Positions 21,268-30,848 of a stretch of 64,000 nucleotides of DNA are shown here, piece after piece. This DNA is from Nostoc sp. (GTDB lineage: Bacteria > Cyanobacteriota > Cyanobacteriia > Cyanobacteriales > Nostocaceae): positions 1-64,000 of the forward strand of contig JBALDB010000031.1 of the NCBI GenBank assembly GCA_036918135.1. Direction: 5' to 3'. Position 1 is the first letter of the stretch. Each line of letters opens with the position of its first letter. Under the pieces are notes generated by a model. It was not told where the DNA came from and made no database searches. It was given only the letters and a program-made list of their open reading frames with translations. Made by a program: the position numbers and the translations under genes.

Positions 21268-21346
21268 TATTATTTTTCTTCAAGTTAGAAATTATTATGC
21301 TAACTACTTCAATTCCTCCAGCATAGTGAGGTGTACTATTTAGAAC

Positions 21347-21450
21347 TATAGCAATCCTATCTGATTTGTGAGAATTCGCGGTGTCCAGATCCCCGACTTC
21401 TCAAAGAAGTTGGGGATCTTGTTTCTCACGAATGACTTAGCATTGCTATA
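21347..21450. mobile_element. MITE-like element TATAGCAAT...ATTGCTATA with an internal long hairpin
   Basis: 9-bp inverted ends; internal AGATCCCCGACTTCT / AGAAGTTGGGGATCT inverted repeat. Confidence 0.75.
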
Positions 21451-21474
21451 CCATATTCTTAAGATTAATTTTCT

Positions 21475-21506
21475 AAGATAAAACTTGAAAGTGGAAAACT
21501 CGTGCA
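21475..21506 (-). promoter_or_regulatory. TGCAC-N6-TCCAC-N10-TATCTT box/promoter facing the CheY-like gene
   Basis: GTGGA at 21491 and GTGCA at 21502. Confidence 0.6.
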
Positions 21507-21547
21507 GAATATTAATCAACCTTTGGCATAAGCAAAATTAATCGAAA

Positions 21548-23683
21548 ATGTGGAGATTGACGCAATGGGCTTTGCCCCGCCTTTGGCGATTCTTCTACGG
21601 AGACGCTACGCGATGCTCCTTTAGGAGCTGCCAAGGGCGATCGCAACTACAAGGCTATAGTATTGCCTTCTTAAGTGTTTTACTAGCTCTACTACTGACA
21701 CTGCTTCTATGGCAACTATACAGGCTAAATTCTATTTATTCACTATTTTTAGCTGCTGTCATGGTTAGCTCCTGGTATGGTGGCTTAAACCCAGGACTGC
21801 TAGCAACTTTTTTATCTGCCGTAGCTTGCGCCTACTTCCTCTTGTCTCCTTTTTATTCTCTGGCGGTTAGTGGGTTTAGTGTAGTGGGATTGCTTCAGTT
21901 TGTATTAGTAGCATTGTTGATTAGCTCGCTCAATTCTGCATTGCGTCAGGCGCGATCGCAAGCTCAGATGAATGCGCGAACAGCCCAGCAAAATTACGAA
22001 CGTCTACGTCAAAGCCAGTATAATCTATATCAAAGCGAAGAACGTTATCGGTTGCTCATAGAAGGAGTAACTGATTACGCAATTTTTATGCTAGATCCCA
22101 ACGGTAACTTTGCCAGTTGGAATATTGGAGCAGAACGTATTTTAGGTTATCAAGAAGCAGAAATTATTGGTCAACCTTTTGAGCGAATTTTTTCACCCGA
22201 AGCAATTGAGCGCGAACAACCACAACAAGCATTGCACAAAGCCGTAACCGAAGGTTTTTCCAAAGAGAATCGCTGGCACATTCGCAAAGATGGCACATTT
22301 TTTTGGGCGCATTGTCTGATCGCACCTTTACGAGATGACGATGGCAATCTGCGCGGCTTCTCTAAAATTATGCAAGATATTACCGAACGCAAACAAGCTG
22401 AAGAAGAAAAAGAACAATTACTACTGCGAGAACAAGCCGCACGCGCCGTTAGCGAAGCGGCACAACGTGCAGCAGAAGCCGCAAATCGTTCCAAGGACGA
22501 CTTTTTAGCAATAGTTTCTCACGAACTACGCACTCCTATGACTGCTATTATCGGTTGGGCTGGGATGTTGCAAACAGGGGCGCTAGATGAGGCTAGAGCA
22601 ACTCTCGCACTTGAGACGATTGAGCGCAACGCCAACTTACAGATGCAACTGATTGAAGACCTGCTTGATATTTCGCGTATTGTTAGAGGAGAACTTTCCC
22701 TCTCCATTGATTTGGTTGATTTAGTAGAAGTAATTACAGCCGCAATTGAAGTGGTGCGATCGCTGGCAGATGCTAAGGATATTCAACTTGAATCTATACT
22801 TGATAATTCAATAGAAAAAATTTGCGGTGACTCAGACCGCTTGCAACAGGTTGTGTTGAATCTACTCACTAATGCGATAAAATTTACACCCAACGGTGGA
22901 CGAGTCGAGGTGCAGTTGTCAAAGGGGTTGGGAACTGGGGAAGAATTTTCTCAATACGCCATCCTTAAATATGTTCAAATTGAAGTTAACGATACAGGTC
23001 AAGGTATTAGTGCTGATTTTCTACCTCACGTATTTAAGCGCTTTTGCCAAGCAGATAGTACCTATACTCGGTCAAATAAAGGACTAGGTTTAGGGCTAGC
23101 GATCGCACATCATGTGGTAGAACTGCATGGTGGCACAATCCAAGCCCAAAGCCAAGGAATAGGGCAAGGAGCGACATTTACAGTCAAGTTGCCCATTCAA
23201 GAAGAAAGCAGGGGAGCAGGAGAGCAGGAAAGAATAACTTACACTTCTCCCTCATCCCCCTCATCTCCTTCATCTCCTTCATCTCCCTATCCCCTTACTG
23301 GCTTGCGAGTGCTGGTTGTAGATGATGAGGCGGATGTGCGGCAGTGGATTAGTGCAGTACTCGAAGACTGTGGAGCGCAAGTTAGTGCTTTTAGCTCTAC
23401 AAGACAGGCACTTGAGGCGCTAGAAGAATTACATCCAGATGTGTTAATTAGCGACATTGGAATGCCAGACGAAGATGGCTACTTGCTGATGCGTAAAATC
23501 AGAGAACTTGAACCAAAGTTAGGTGGGCGGATTCCTGCTGTGGCGCTGACGGGGTACGCGAGGGTAGAAGATTACAAAGAGGCATTAGCAGCAGGATTTC
23601 AGCTCCATGTAGCAAAACCAGTTAGAGCAGCCGAGCTAATTGCGGTTGTCATCAGTCTCGGTAAAATGTCTGGTAAACTCTGA
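21548..23683 (+). CDS. Hybrid histidine kinase (DUF4118-like membrane sensor, PAS, HisKA, HATPase, REC)
   Basis: WYGGLNPGLLAT membrane domain, DYAIFMLDP.G...WN.GAE PAS, SHELRTP, NLLTNAIKFTP, D.G.GI, GLGLGL, C-terminal VVDDE..ISDIGMP..KP. Confidence 0.95.
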   Translation: MWRLTQWALPRLWRFFYGDATRCSFRSCQGRSQLQGYSIAFLSVLLALLLTLLLWQLYRLNSIYSLFLAAVMVSSWYGGLNPGLLATFLSAVACAYFLLSPFYSLAVSGFSVVGLLQFVLVALLISSLNSALRQARSQAQMNARTAQQNYERLRQSQYNLYQSEERYRLLIEGVTDYAIFMLDPNGNFASWNIGAERILGYQEAEIIGQPFERIFSPEAIEREQPQQALHKAVTEGFSKENRWHIRKDGTFFWAHCLIAPLRDDDGNLRGFSKIMQDITERKQAEEEKEQLLLREQAARAVSEAAQRAAEAANRSKDDFLAIVSHELRTPMTAIIGWAGMLQTGALDEARATLALETIERNANLQMQLIEDLLDISRIVRGELSLSIDLVDLVEVITAAIEVVRSLADAKDIQLESILDNSIEKICGDSDRLQQVVLNLLTNAIKFTPNGGRVEVQLSKGLGTGEEFSQYAILKYVQIEVNDTGQGISADFLPHVFKRFCQADSTYTRSNKGLGLGLAIAHHVVELHGGTIQAQSQGIGQGATFTVKLPIQEESRGAGEQERITYTSPSSPSSPSSPSSPYPLTGLRVLVVDDEADVRQWISAVLEDCGAQVSAFSSTRQALEALEELHPDVLISDIGMPDEDGYLLMRKIRELEPKLGGRIPAVALTGYARVEDYKEALAAGFQLHVAKPVRAAELIAVVISLGKMSGKL
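21562..21644 (+). repeat. 83-bp HIP1-based composite mini-element, copy 1 (75-nt in-frame insertion in kinase 5' end)
   Basis: GCAAT-19nt-GCGAT-19nt-GCGAT-22nt-GCGATCGC; near-identical copies at 34379-34461 and 37046-37128. Confidence 0.85.
23246..23286 (+). repeat. 9-bp tandem repeat encoding the Ser/Pro linker of the kinase
   Basis: TCTCCCTCA/TCCCCCTCA/TCTCCTTCA units, giving SPSSPSSPSSPSSP. Confidence 0.8.
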
Positions 23684-23709
23684 ATAATTTTGACAATATC
23701 GGTCAAATA

Positions 23710-23741
23710 TCCACAAGTTTTCCACTTTTTCAAGATATCTT
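23710..23741 (+). promoter_or_regulatory. TCCAC-N6-TCCAC-N10-TATCTT box/promoter upstream of 23966
   Basis: TCCAC at 23710 and 23721, TATCTT at 23736; overlaps an inverted repeat (23720-23752) that may also terminate the kinase transcript. Confidence 0.6.
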
Positions 23742-23965
23742 CAAAAGTGGAATTCAGGCGATAAATGAAGTTATATAGCAACCGCCAAGATACCAATTCA
23801 AAATTCAAAATTAAGAAATCTAGATTTTGTAAAGGTTTCTGGGTTTGGATTTGTATGACATCAGCTTGAAGCAGTTAGGAAAGCAACAGCAACATAGTCG
23901 CACAGCATATTAATTGCTTTCTAACGCCCTATTTCTTCACACAAAAATATTTGGAAAGGTGAACA

Positions 23966-24595
23966 ATGAATAGTATTTGGTTACAACGGTTTTCGACGTT
24001 GTTTATTTTCTCTACAATTACAATGCTTGGAAGTGGATTATCTGCTCAAGCACAAATTGTGCCGAAGCCTGGTAAAACTTCAACCACAGCAGCCGATTTG
24101 ATTCCCCAGCCAACACAACCTGCTGCTAAAAATTCTGCTCAGGTGGCGCAAGTAGATGTTAACCCAGGTCGAACTACCCGTGGTGGCTCTAGCTATATTG
24201 GAGTTGCTGGCAACATTGGTTTAGGTGGTGGTGACTCAGCTTTAGGCGAAGGTAGCTTTACGGTCATCAGTAAAATTGGGCTGACGCGTGCTATATCTGT
24301 GCGACCATCTGTAGTAATTAACGATGACCCTGTTGTTTTAGTTCCTCTGACTTATGACTTTAACTTGCGAACCGCAGATGCTTTGAACGAAAGGTTTTCT
24401 GTTGCACCATACGTTGGAGCCGGTGTAGCGATTGAAACGAGCGACGATCCAGACGTTGGTTTGCTTTTATCTGGTGGTGTAGATGTTCCTTTAAGCAACA
24501 ACATCACGGCAACAGCAGGAGTGAATGCAGCATTTTTAGATCAAACGGATGTAGGGCTGATGTTAGGAGTTGGTTATAACTTTTCTGGGTTGTAA
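23966..24595 (+). CDS. Secreted protein, probable small outer-membrane beta-barrel
   Basis: Signal peptide (AQAQ), alternating beta strands, APYVGAGVA, C-terminal LGVGYNF. Confidence 0.7.
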   Translation: MNSIWLQRFSTLFIFSTITMLGSGLSAQAQIVPKPGKTSTTAADLIPQPTQPAAKNSAQVAQVDVNPGRTTRGGSSYIGVAGNIGLGGGDSALGEGSFTVISKIGLTRAISVRPSVVINDDPVVLVPLTYDFNLRTADALNERFSVAPYVGAGVAIETSDDPDVGLLLSGGVDVPLSNNITATAGVNAAFLDQTDVGLMLGVGYNFSGL

Positions 24596-24801
24596 GTAGA
24601 AAGCAGGAGGCAGGAGGTGAAGCAGTCTCAGTCTTGGCGCTTTGCGTCGATTGAGAACTGCTGAACCCGTTCGCGTAGCGTCTCCGACAGGAGAAGGGCA
24701 GAAGGGAAAAGCCAGTTTGTGAAAGGGTTTCACAGATTGGCATTTTACATTTAATTATATCCACCTACTTAAAACTTTTAATTTACATTCATAGATGAAG
24801 C

Positions 24802-24870
24802 TAGCGGTTTACGAACAGCAAACCGCTTTTTGTCTGCCAAAAAATTATTAGCAGCTTTGGTGGCAGACAA
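24802..24870. terminator. Paired hairpins between convergent genes (likely terminator region)
   Basis: AGCGGTTT...AAACCGCT followed by T-run; TTGTCTGCCA...TGGCAGACAA. Confidence 0.55.
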
Positions 24871-24908
24871 TTATAAATTTGCGATCGCCGTTCAAAATTG
24901 TGCTGAAA

Positions 24909-25571
24909 TTAGCGAGTTTCTTGACGCTTATCAACAATTTCTACTGTTGATTCATTGCTGGTGGTATGGGGAGTATCTACAGTCATTTGTCGATCGCCGT
25001 ACATCTGCGGTGCCATATTGGGATTGCGATCGGGAGCATTGGACATATTATACGTTCTCCAATCACGAACCCCGCGATTTTTGAGAATCGAACCAGCACG
25101 CTCAATTTCATTGCCAAAACCTTCTATCATCACCAAGTAGTCGCCTTGGGATACCCGATCGCCGTAACTTTTGGCTTCTTCCTCTGGAATACCTAAACCA
25201 GTTAGCGCTCCGATAACACCACCTGCTGCTGCACCAATCCCTGCACCAGCCAAAGTAGTTGCGAAAGTTCCTGCTGCTAAAAATGGGCCTGCTCCGGGAA
25301 CAACTAAACTACCAAGACCAACGAGAAAGCCACCAACGCCTCCTAGAACTGTACCTGTCACCGCTCCTGCACCAGCGCCTTCTTTAGCTTCATTATCACT
25401 CGCATCTCTGACTTGAGTGCCAGCAATTTGCTCGTTACGCTCTGTATCTTTCGCTAGTATCGAAACTCGATCCATCGAAAAACCAGAGTTTTTCAATTCA
25501 TTTAAAGCTTCTTCGGCTGCTTGCCGACTAGAGAATGTACCAATTGCACGTTTGTATTGTTGAGTTGCCAT
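24909..25571 (-). CDS. General stress protein-like (YflT/DUF1269-type glycine-zipper protein)
   Basis: RAIGTF...AE.AL.ELK.SGF, GAGAGAVTG..LGG glycine zipper, GLGIPEEEA..Y; AGGAGG RBS. Confidence 0.8.
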   Translation of the reverse strand: MATQQYKRAIGTFSSRQAAEEALNELKNSGFSMDRVSILAKDTERNEQIAGTQVRDASDNEAKEGAGAGAVTGTVLGGVGGFLVGLGSLVVPGAGPFLAAGTFATTLAGAGIGAAAGGVIGALTGLGIPEEEAKSYGDRVSQGDYLVMIEGFGNEIERAGSILKNRGVRDWRTYNMSNAPDRNPNMAPQMYGDRQMTVDTPHTTSNESTVEIVDKRQETR

Positions 25572-26114
25572 TTTTTCCTCCTGAGACAATAGTAAATATA
25601 TTTACTTGCTCAATTACTGTTACAGTTTCTCTACTCAAATCAAGAACTTCATCAGCCAATAGGTTTAGTTATTACCTATCAGAAGTAAGTAATTAATATG
25701 TATAAAAGTAACAATTTATGGTTATATTAGCGACATAAAATATAGCTTTTTGAGATTAAACTGCAAAAAATAGAAAAAATTTAACGTAACAATTCAGCAG
25801 CTAGAATACTGGAAGAATCAGAAGCTAACTCGACTTACCGCAGTCGCACTCAACGAGGGAACCTCACGCTCCTTTGCTCAAGTCGGGTGGTACAGTATTT
25901 ACTTCACTCAATTTTAGCCTAATACCAATTTCAAAAATGATGGTTGGCGACAGATGGATTGACAGAACCTAGACGCAGACAGCAATTTTCAATCCAAAGT
26001 AGGTAGTGTAAACCTTGCCTTTGATAGATATTTTATAAACCAAAAACGGGCATAACCTAAGTTATAGAAATTGGACGCTCTAGCTCAAGGTTGCTTTTAC
26101 AAGCAAACATTTTC

Positions 26115-27974
26115 ATGAGAATTCTATTGGTTGAAGACGATGATTTGCTTGCTCAAGCTGTAGCAACAACTCTTACTAAACAAAATTATGTAGTTGATAT
26201 TGCTGCTGATGGTGCAGTCGGTTGGGAGTTAGTGAGTGTTTGTAACTATGACCTGATTTTGTTAGATATCGTTCTGCCGAAGTTGGATGGCATAAGTCTT
26301 TGTCAGCAGTTACGACAAGCAGGCTACCAAATACTAATTCTGCTTTTAACGGTAAAAAATACTAAAACTGATAAAGTTATCGGTTTAGATGCTGGAGCGG
26401 ATGATTATGTTGTCAAACCATTTGATTTTGAAGAATTAGCCGCTCGGATTCGTGCTTTATTACGTCGGGGAAATACTTCTTTACCTCCGGTTTTAGAATG
26501 GGGAAGCTTGCGCCTTGACCCTAGCACTTGTGAGGTAACTTATGCAGATATTACACTGCATTTAACAGCAAAAGAATTTAGTATTTTAGACCTTTTTTTA
26601 CGCAACAACCAGCGCATCTTTAGCCGGAGTGCGATGGTAGATCGACTTTGGAGTGCTGAAAAAGACCCACCTGAAGAAAATACAATTAAATCTCATATTA
26701 AAGGCTTACGACAGAAGCTAAAAGCAGCAGGTGCTAATTACAATTTTATAGAAACTGTTTATGGAATGGGTTATCGTTTAAAAGCTCTATCTCATGAGCA
26801 AAGTTGTCATACACATGAGCCAGAAATAGATTTCAACCAGCAGCAAATTTTACTAACAGCCATTGCTCAAGAGCGGGAAAATTTTAAAGCTAATGTTGGT
26901 TCGCGCATTGCAGTATTGAAGCTAGCCGCTGATGCTTCAAGAAAAAGTATACTTGATGCTCAACTGCTGCAAAAAGCAGAGCAAGAAGCTCATAAGCTAG
27001 CTGGTTCGTTGGGTAGTTTTGGTTTTCCCAAAGCCTCGTTATTAGCTAAGAAGATAGAAGATTTATTTCAGAATCAAAAATTTATTAGCCAAGCTAAATG
27101 TTTTTATTTAGATAAGCTCTTAATGGAGTTGCAACGAGAGCTAGAAACAACTCCAATTGAACAAAACCAAAATCTACTATTAGTAATTAGTAACGATCGC
27201 CAAGTAGTTGAGGAATTGCTAGAAGAAGCTACAAATCAAGAAATAGAAGTTAAAATTGCCACTAAGATTGCCGCCGCCAGAAGTATAATCTCATCTTTAA
27301 ATCCTCATGTGGTACTACTTGATATTGATAGTGTGAAAGACAGCTTGGAATTTCTCGCAGAATTATCCAAGCGAACACCTACAGTAGGCGAAACGCTAAC
27401 ACCACAAATACCCGTATTAGTTTTTACAGAACGGAATAATTTTAGCGATGCCTGCGGCGGGCTTCGCCTACGCGTTGAGATTGCACGAGCTGGCGGACGT
27501 GGTTTTTTACAAAAATCCATGCCTCCTAGCCAAATTTTAGAGTCAGTTACCCAATTATTACAACAAACTCGGATTACTAAAGCGAGAATCATGGTTGTAG
27601 ACGACGAGCGAGAGACATTAACTGTTATACAACAATCTTTAAAACCATTAGGATTTAATCTAAAAACTCTTGAAGATTCACGGCAATTTTGGGATACTCT
27701 AACAGAATTTTCTCCAGATTTGCTAATTCTAGATGTAGAAATGCCTCAGATCAATGGTATTGAAATTTGTCAAGTAATACGTAATGACCTATATTGGCAA
27801 TTTTTACCAATACTGTTTATGGTTGATAATATAGAAGCAGATATTGTTGAGCAAATATTTGCGAACGGTGCTGATGATTGTGTGAGCAAACCTATCGTGA
27901 GTTCAAAACTAATTACCCAGATTTTAAACCGTCTGGAGCGAATTACAATGATTCAAAGAATATTTGACAATTAA
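26115..27974 (+). CDS. Multi-domain OmpR-family response regulator REC-wHTH-Hpt-REC-REC (RcaC-like architecture)
   Basis: MRILLVEDD..LLD..LPKLDG..GADDY.VKPF; wHTH (LTAKEF..IKSHIKGLRQKL..IETVYGMGYRL); Hpt EAHKLAGSLGSFG; two further receiver domains. Confidence 0.92.
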   Translation: MRILLVEDDDLLAQAVATTLTKQNYVVDIAADGAVGWELVSVCNYDLILLDIVLPKLDGISLCQQLRQAGYQILILLLTVKNTKTDKVIGLDAGADDYVVKPFDFEELAARIRALLRRGNTSLPPVLEWGSLRLDPSTCEVTYADITLHLTAKEFSILDLFLRNNQRIFSRSAMVDRLWSAEKDPPEENTIKSHIKGLRQKLKAAGANYNFIETVYGMGYRLKALSHEQSCHTHEPEIDFNQQQILLTAIAQERENFKANVGSRIAVLKLAADASRKSILDAQLLQKAEQEAHKLAGSLGSFGFPKASLLAKKIEDLFQNQKFISQAKCFYLDKLLMELQRELETTPIEQNQNLLLVISNDRQVVEELLEEATNQEIEVKIATKIAAARSIISSLNPHVVLLDIDSVKDSLEFLAELSKRTPTVGETLTPQIPVLVFTERNNFSDACGGLRLRVEIARAGGRGFLQKSMPPSQILESVTQLLQQTRITKARIMVVDDERETLTVIQQSLKPLGFNLKTLEDSRQFWDTLTEFSPDLLILDVEMPQINGIEICQVIRNDLYWQFLPILFMVDNIEADIVEQIFANGADDCVSKPIVSSKLITQILNRLERITMIQRIFDN

Positions 27975-28075
27975 TAAACCTCTTGAATCATTAAATCGTC
28001 AGGTAGGAATTAGACCAATTTTCTAAAATTCGCAACACATTCAAACCCTGAAACTCAGTTATTATCTGACGCATT

Positions 28076-28216
28076 TTAATTACGAATAAGGAAAAATGCT
28101 AGACCCAAAGCGTTTAACCACTTACCTTGAACTGCTGCGGCTATTACAAAAATTGCTAGTAGAGCTTGTCCTACCCACGCGATGACTCGATAACCTCTCC
28201 AATTTAGAGTTTTCAT
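28076..28216 (-). pseudogene. 46-codon hydrophobic ORF, probably the 5' remnant of a membrane-protein gene
   Basis: Hand translation MKTLNWRGYRVIAWVGQALLAIFVIAAAVQGKWLNALGLAFFLIRN*; ends in a CGTAATT repeat unit. Confidence 0.5.
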
Positions 28217-28433
28217 ACGTATAACCAATACGAAAATATTGCTTAAAAAAGCTTCTTTTACGTAAGAATTCAGGAGCCAGAATACATTCGTTAGAATATC
28301 GGAAGAATCAAGGGCTAACTTTACTTATGAATATACTTGCGATCTCAAATCTTCAATAAATTCTGACTTCTGACGCCGGGTGCGGAGCTTTCCTTGCTCC
28401 GCTCCTGAGTGCTGAATTCTTACTCTTTTACGA

Positions 28434-29780
28434 TTAATTCCAATTTTTCACACCACTGTTGGAGTTTAAAGCTTTGATAACAGCTTGATACCGTTCTTGT
28501 ACGTCTTTGCGGTCTAGTTCTTCTGACAAACCGTCTTTGCTACCGCGCAAAATCATGTCAGCATGACGCTGTAAAACTGCTTGGTATTCTGGATTGTTAG
28601 TGTAAGTTGCAATATTAGCGATCGCTTCTAATAAACGAATAGTTACTGATGCATCAGATCGTGCATATTGCCGAATTCCATTAAAGGCATTATCAACCAA
28701 TCCTTCAAATGTGACTGCATGAGCGATCGCACGTAATTTCCGATCTTCATCGTAACGGTAGGGTGAAGGAAAATCTTTTTGGGCTAAACTGCACAATGCA
28801 GCTCCGAGTCGATCGACACAGCGAATTGCAGTAAATGGGTCATTAATCCCTGGAGAAAGCGCACGTAGGGCAATTTCTACTAATTGCTCGAGCGGAAACT
28901 CGATATCTTGCTGTTCGCTACGTTCTTTACCCAAAATAAAGGCATCATTAATTTGTTTGCTTAATTTTCGATTCACCAATTCACCAGGGAAAACCATAAC
29001 CAAATTACTGTTCTTAACAACAAACTTTCCCGGTCGAGACTCGACACGCAATAAAAGATTGTTTTTTCGAGCAATTTTAATCAATTCTTCGTCGTCAATT
29101 GCTTGTATGTAACCATTATCAGTAACTCTTACCCCAGAAGCAACTGAGTCAAAATCTTCAGGTATTTCTGCAAGTTCTTGTCCGAATGGAATACTACGTC
29201 CGATTTTTTGAGGAAACAAGCGATCGATGACTCTATCTAAGTCATCACAAACGTTCTTAATGATATGCGAAGCCTGAATTATTGTAGAAGCATGATGAAT
29301 AAAATAAATCAAAACTCCGATGCTAATAATTGCAAGTACAATACCGAATGTAATTGAAAGTTGCGGTATGAACTGACCATATCCATCTCCCTCACCATGA
29401 ATAGTCCGCAGTATGAGCAAGCAGTAAATAAACGTACCTATAAATGTACCAAGGACAATTTGATTACCAGTATCTTGCATGAAATTACGTAGAAGCCGCG
29501 GCCCAAAACTGGAAGCAGCTAGCTGAAGCGCCACGATTGTAATTGAAAAAGCTGTAGCAGCAACGCTAATCATCGAGCCTACAACCGCTCCTAAAAGCGA
29601 TCGCGCTCCGTCTGCTCCACCAGTATAGCTCCACCAATAATTAACATTTGCCTTACCTGTGCGATCGAGCATTAATATTGTAAATGCCAAGGCAGTAGCA
29701 ACTATAGCCATAATTGAGGGAATGAACCAGTAACTTGAATGGAGCGTATCCCACAGTTTGCCCAACTTTATATTTTTCAT
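28434..29780 (-). CDS. DUF2254 family membrane protein
   Basis: SYWFIP, FSITIVALQLAASSFGPRLL, QQDIEF...QLVEIALRALSPGINDPFTA. Confidence 0.92.
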   Translation of the reverse strand: MKNIKLGKLWDTLHSSYWFIPSIMAIVATALAFTILMLDRTGKANVNYWWSYTGGADGARSLLGAVVGSMISVAATAFSITIVALQLAASSFGPRLLRNFMQDTGNQIVLGTFIGTFIYCLLILRTIHGEGDGYGQFIPQLSITFGIVLAIISIGVLIYFIHHASTIIQASHIIKNVCDDLDRVIDRLFPQKIGRSIPFGQELAEIPEDFDSVASGVRVTDNGYIQAIDDEELIKIARKNNLLLRVESRPGKFVVKNSNLVMVFPGELVNRKLSKQINDAFILGKERSEQQDIEFPLEQLVEIALRALSPGINDPFTAIRCVDRLGAALCSLAQKDFPSPYRYDEDRKLRAIAHAVTFEGLVDNAFNGIRQYARSDASVTIRLLEAIANIATYTNNPEYQAVLQRHADMILRGSKDGLSEELDRKDVQERYQAVIKALNSNSGVKNWN

Positions 29781-30784
29781 GTTTCTTTATTGACTGTTGG
29801 AGAATTTACCTTACTATTACCACCATCTTGCTTTTGAGCGAGTAACCTGAGAGAATCCGTAATCCGGCGCGGCTTTGGTACTTCACCTTTACCTTTAGGC
29901 CACCCTTCACGCTGACGGGAGCGATCGCCATCTGTCTCTTCGGTTTGGTCGTGGAAGAGAATTTGTTGCGTTGGGAAGGGTAAATCAATACCGTTTTCAG
30001 TAAGCTTTTTCTTAATTGCGGTAATCACCTTGTCCCGTGAAGTCAGACTATCTGCGCGTCGTGGCGGATGAACCCACCAGCGCACGCGGATGTTAACAGT
30101 GCTTCCGGCAAGTTCCATTGCCAATACATCAGGAGCAGGGTCTTTTAAAACTTCGTTTACACTATGCATTGCATCTAACATCAACTGCTTGGCTATGTCA
30201 ATATCGTCACCGTAGCCAATGCCGACATCGTACTCTAATCGACGGTTATCAAAGGCAGTGTTGACAGTCACAGAATTAGTAAACAATTCCGAGTTAGGAA
30301 TGACAATCCGCCGACCGTCGTAGGTTCTAATTGTTGTGGCGCGTGTTTGAATATTTTCGACAGTTCCCTCAAAACCTTTAAACACGATTTGGTCATCAAT
30401 TTGAAAAGGTTCGGTCAGCAAAATTAAAATTCCAGCTAAAAAGTTTTGCAAAATATCGCGGAAAGCAAAACCAATTGCAACACCACTTATTCCCAACAGT
30501 TGCACCAAATCACCAGCTTTAAATGTAGGAATCACAATCGAAAGAGCGATAAACAACCCAATCAAAATTGTTATCCCTTGTGCCAACCTTCCCAGCACTA
30601 GTCCGAGATTCCGGGCAGAACGACGGTTACGGGTTAATCGCTTAACAAATGCCTTAATTCTGCTAGCAACAAACAAAAATAGTATAAAGACAATCAATGC
30701 TAAGACAAGATTTGGTAGCAAAGCAATGAAACCATTAATCATGCTTTGAACTTTATCCCAAACTGCTGAGATTTCTGTACCCAT
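29777..30784 (-). CDS. MscS-family mechanosensitive channel
   Basis: GVAIGFAFRDILQNFLAGI, PFQIDDQI, GTVENI..RAT.IRT.DG..IVIPNS. Confidence 0.95.
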   Translation of the reverse strand: MGTEISAVWDKVQSMINGFIALLPNLVLALIVFILFLFVASRIKAFVKRLTRNRRSARNLGLVLGRLAQGITILIGLFIALSIVIPTFKAGDLVQLLGISGVAIGFAFRDILQNFLAGILILLTEPFQIDDQIVFKGFEGTVENIQTRATTIRTYDGRRIVIPNSELFTNSVTVNTAFDNRRLEYDVGIGYGDDIDIAKQLMLDAMHSVNEVLKDPAPDVLAMELAGSTVNIRVRWWVHPPRRADSLTSRDKVITAIKKKLTENGIDLPFPTQQILFHDQTEETDGDRSRQREGWPKGKGEVPKPRRITDSLRLLAQKQDGGNSKVNSPTVNKET

Positions 30785-30848
30785 CAAATTTCCTCATTCA
30801 TTCGATTTTGGATTTTGGATTTATTTGGACAACATTTTTAAATGAATT

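Noticed and set aside
21562..21644. Composite GCGAT-spaced arrays as a mini-CRISPR
   Set aside because: The repeat is only 5 bp, the spacers are the same in all three copies and hairpin-like, and there are no cas genes; better explained as SDR-type elements
23743..23762. Seventh TCCAC box (GTGGA at 23747)
   Set aside because: No second half-site at 11-bp spacing; it is the right arm of an inverted repeat
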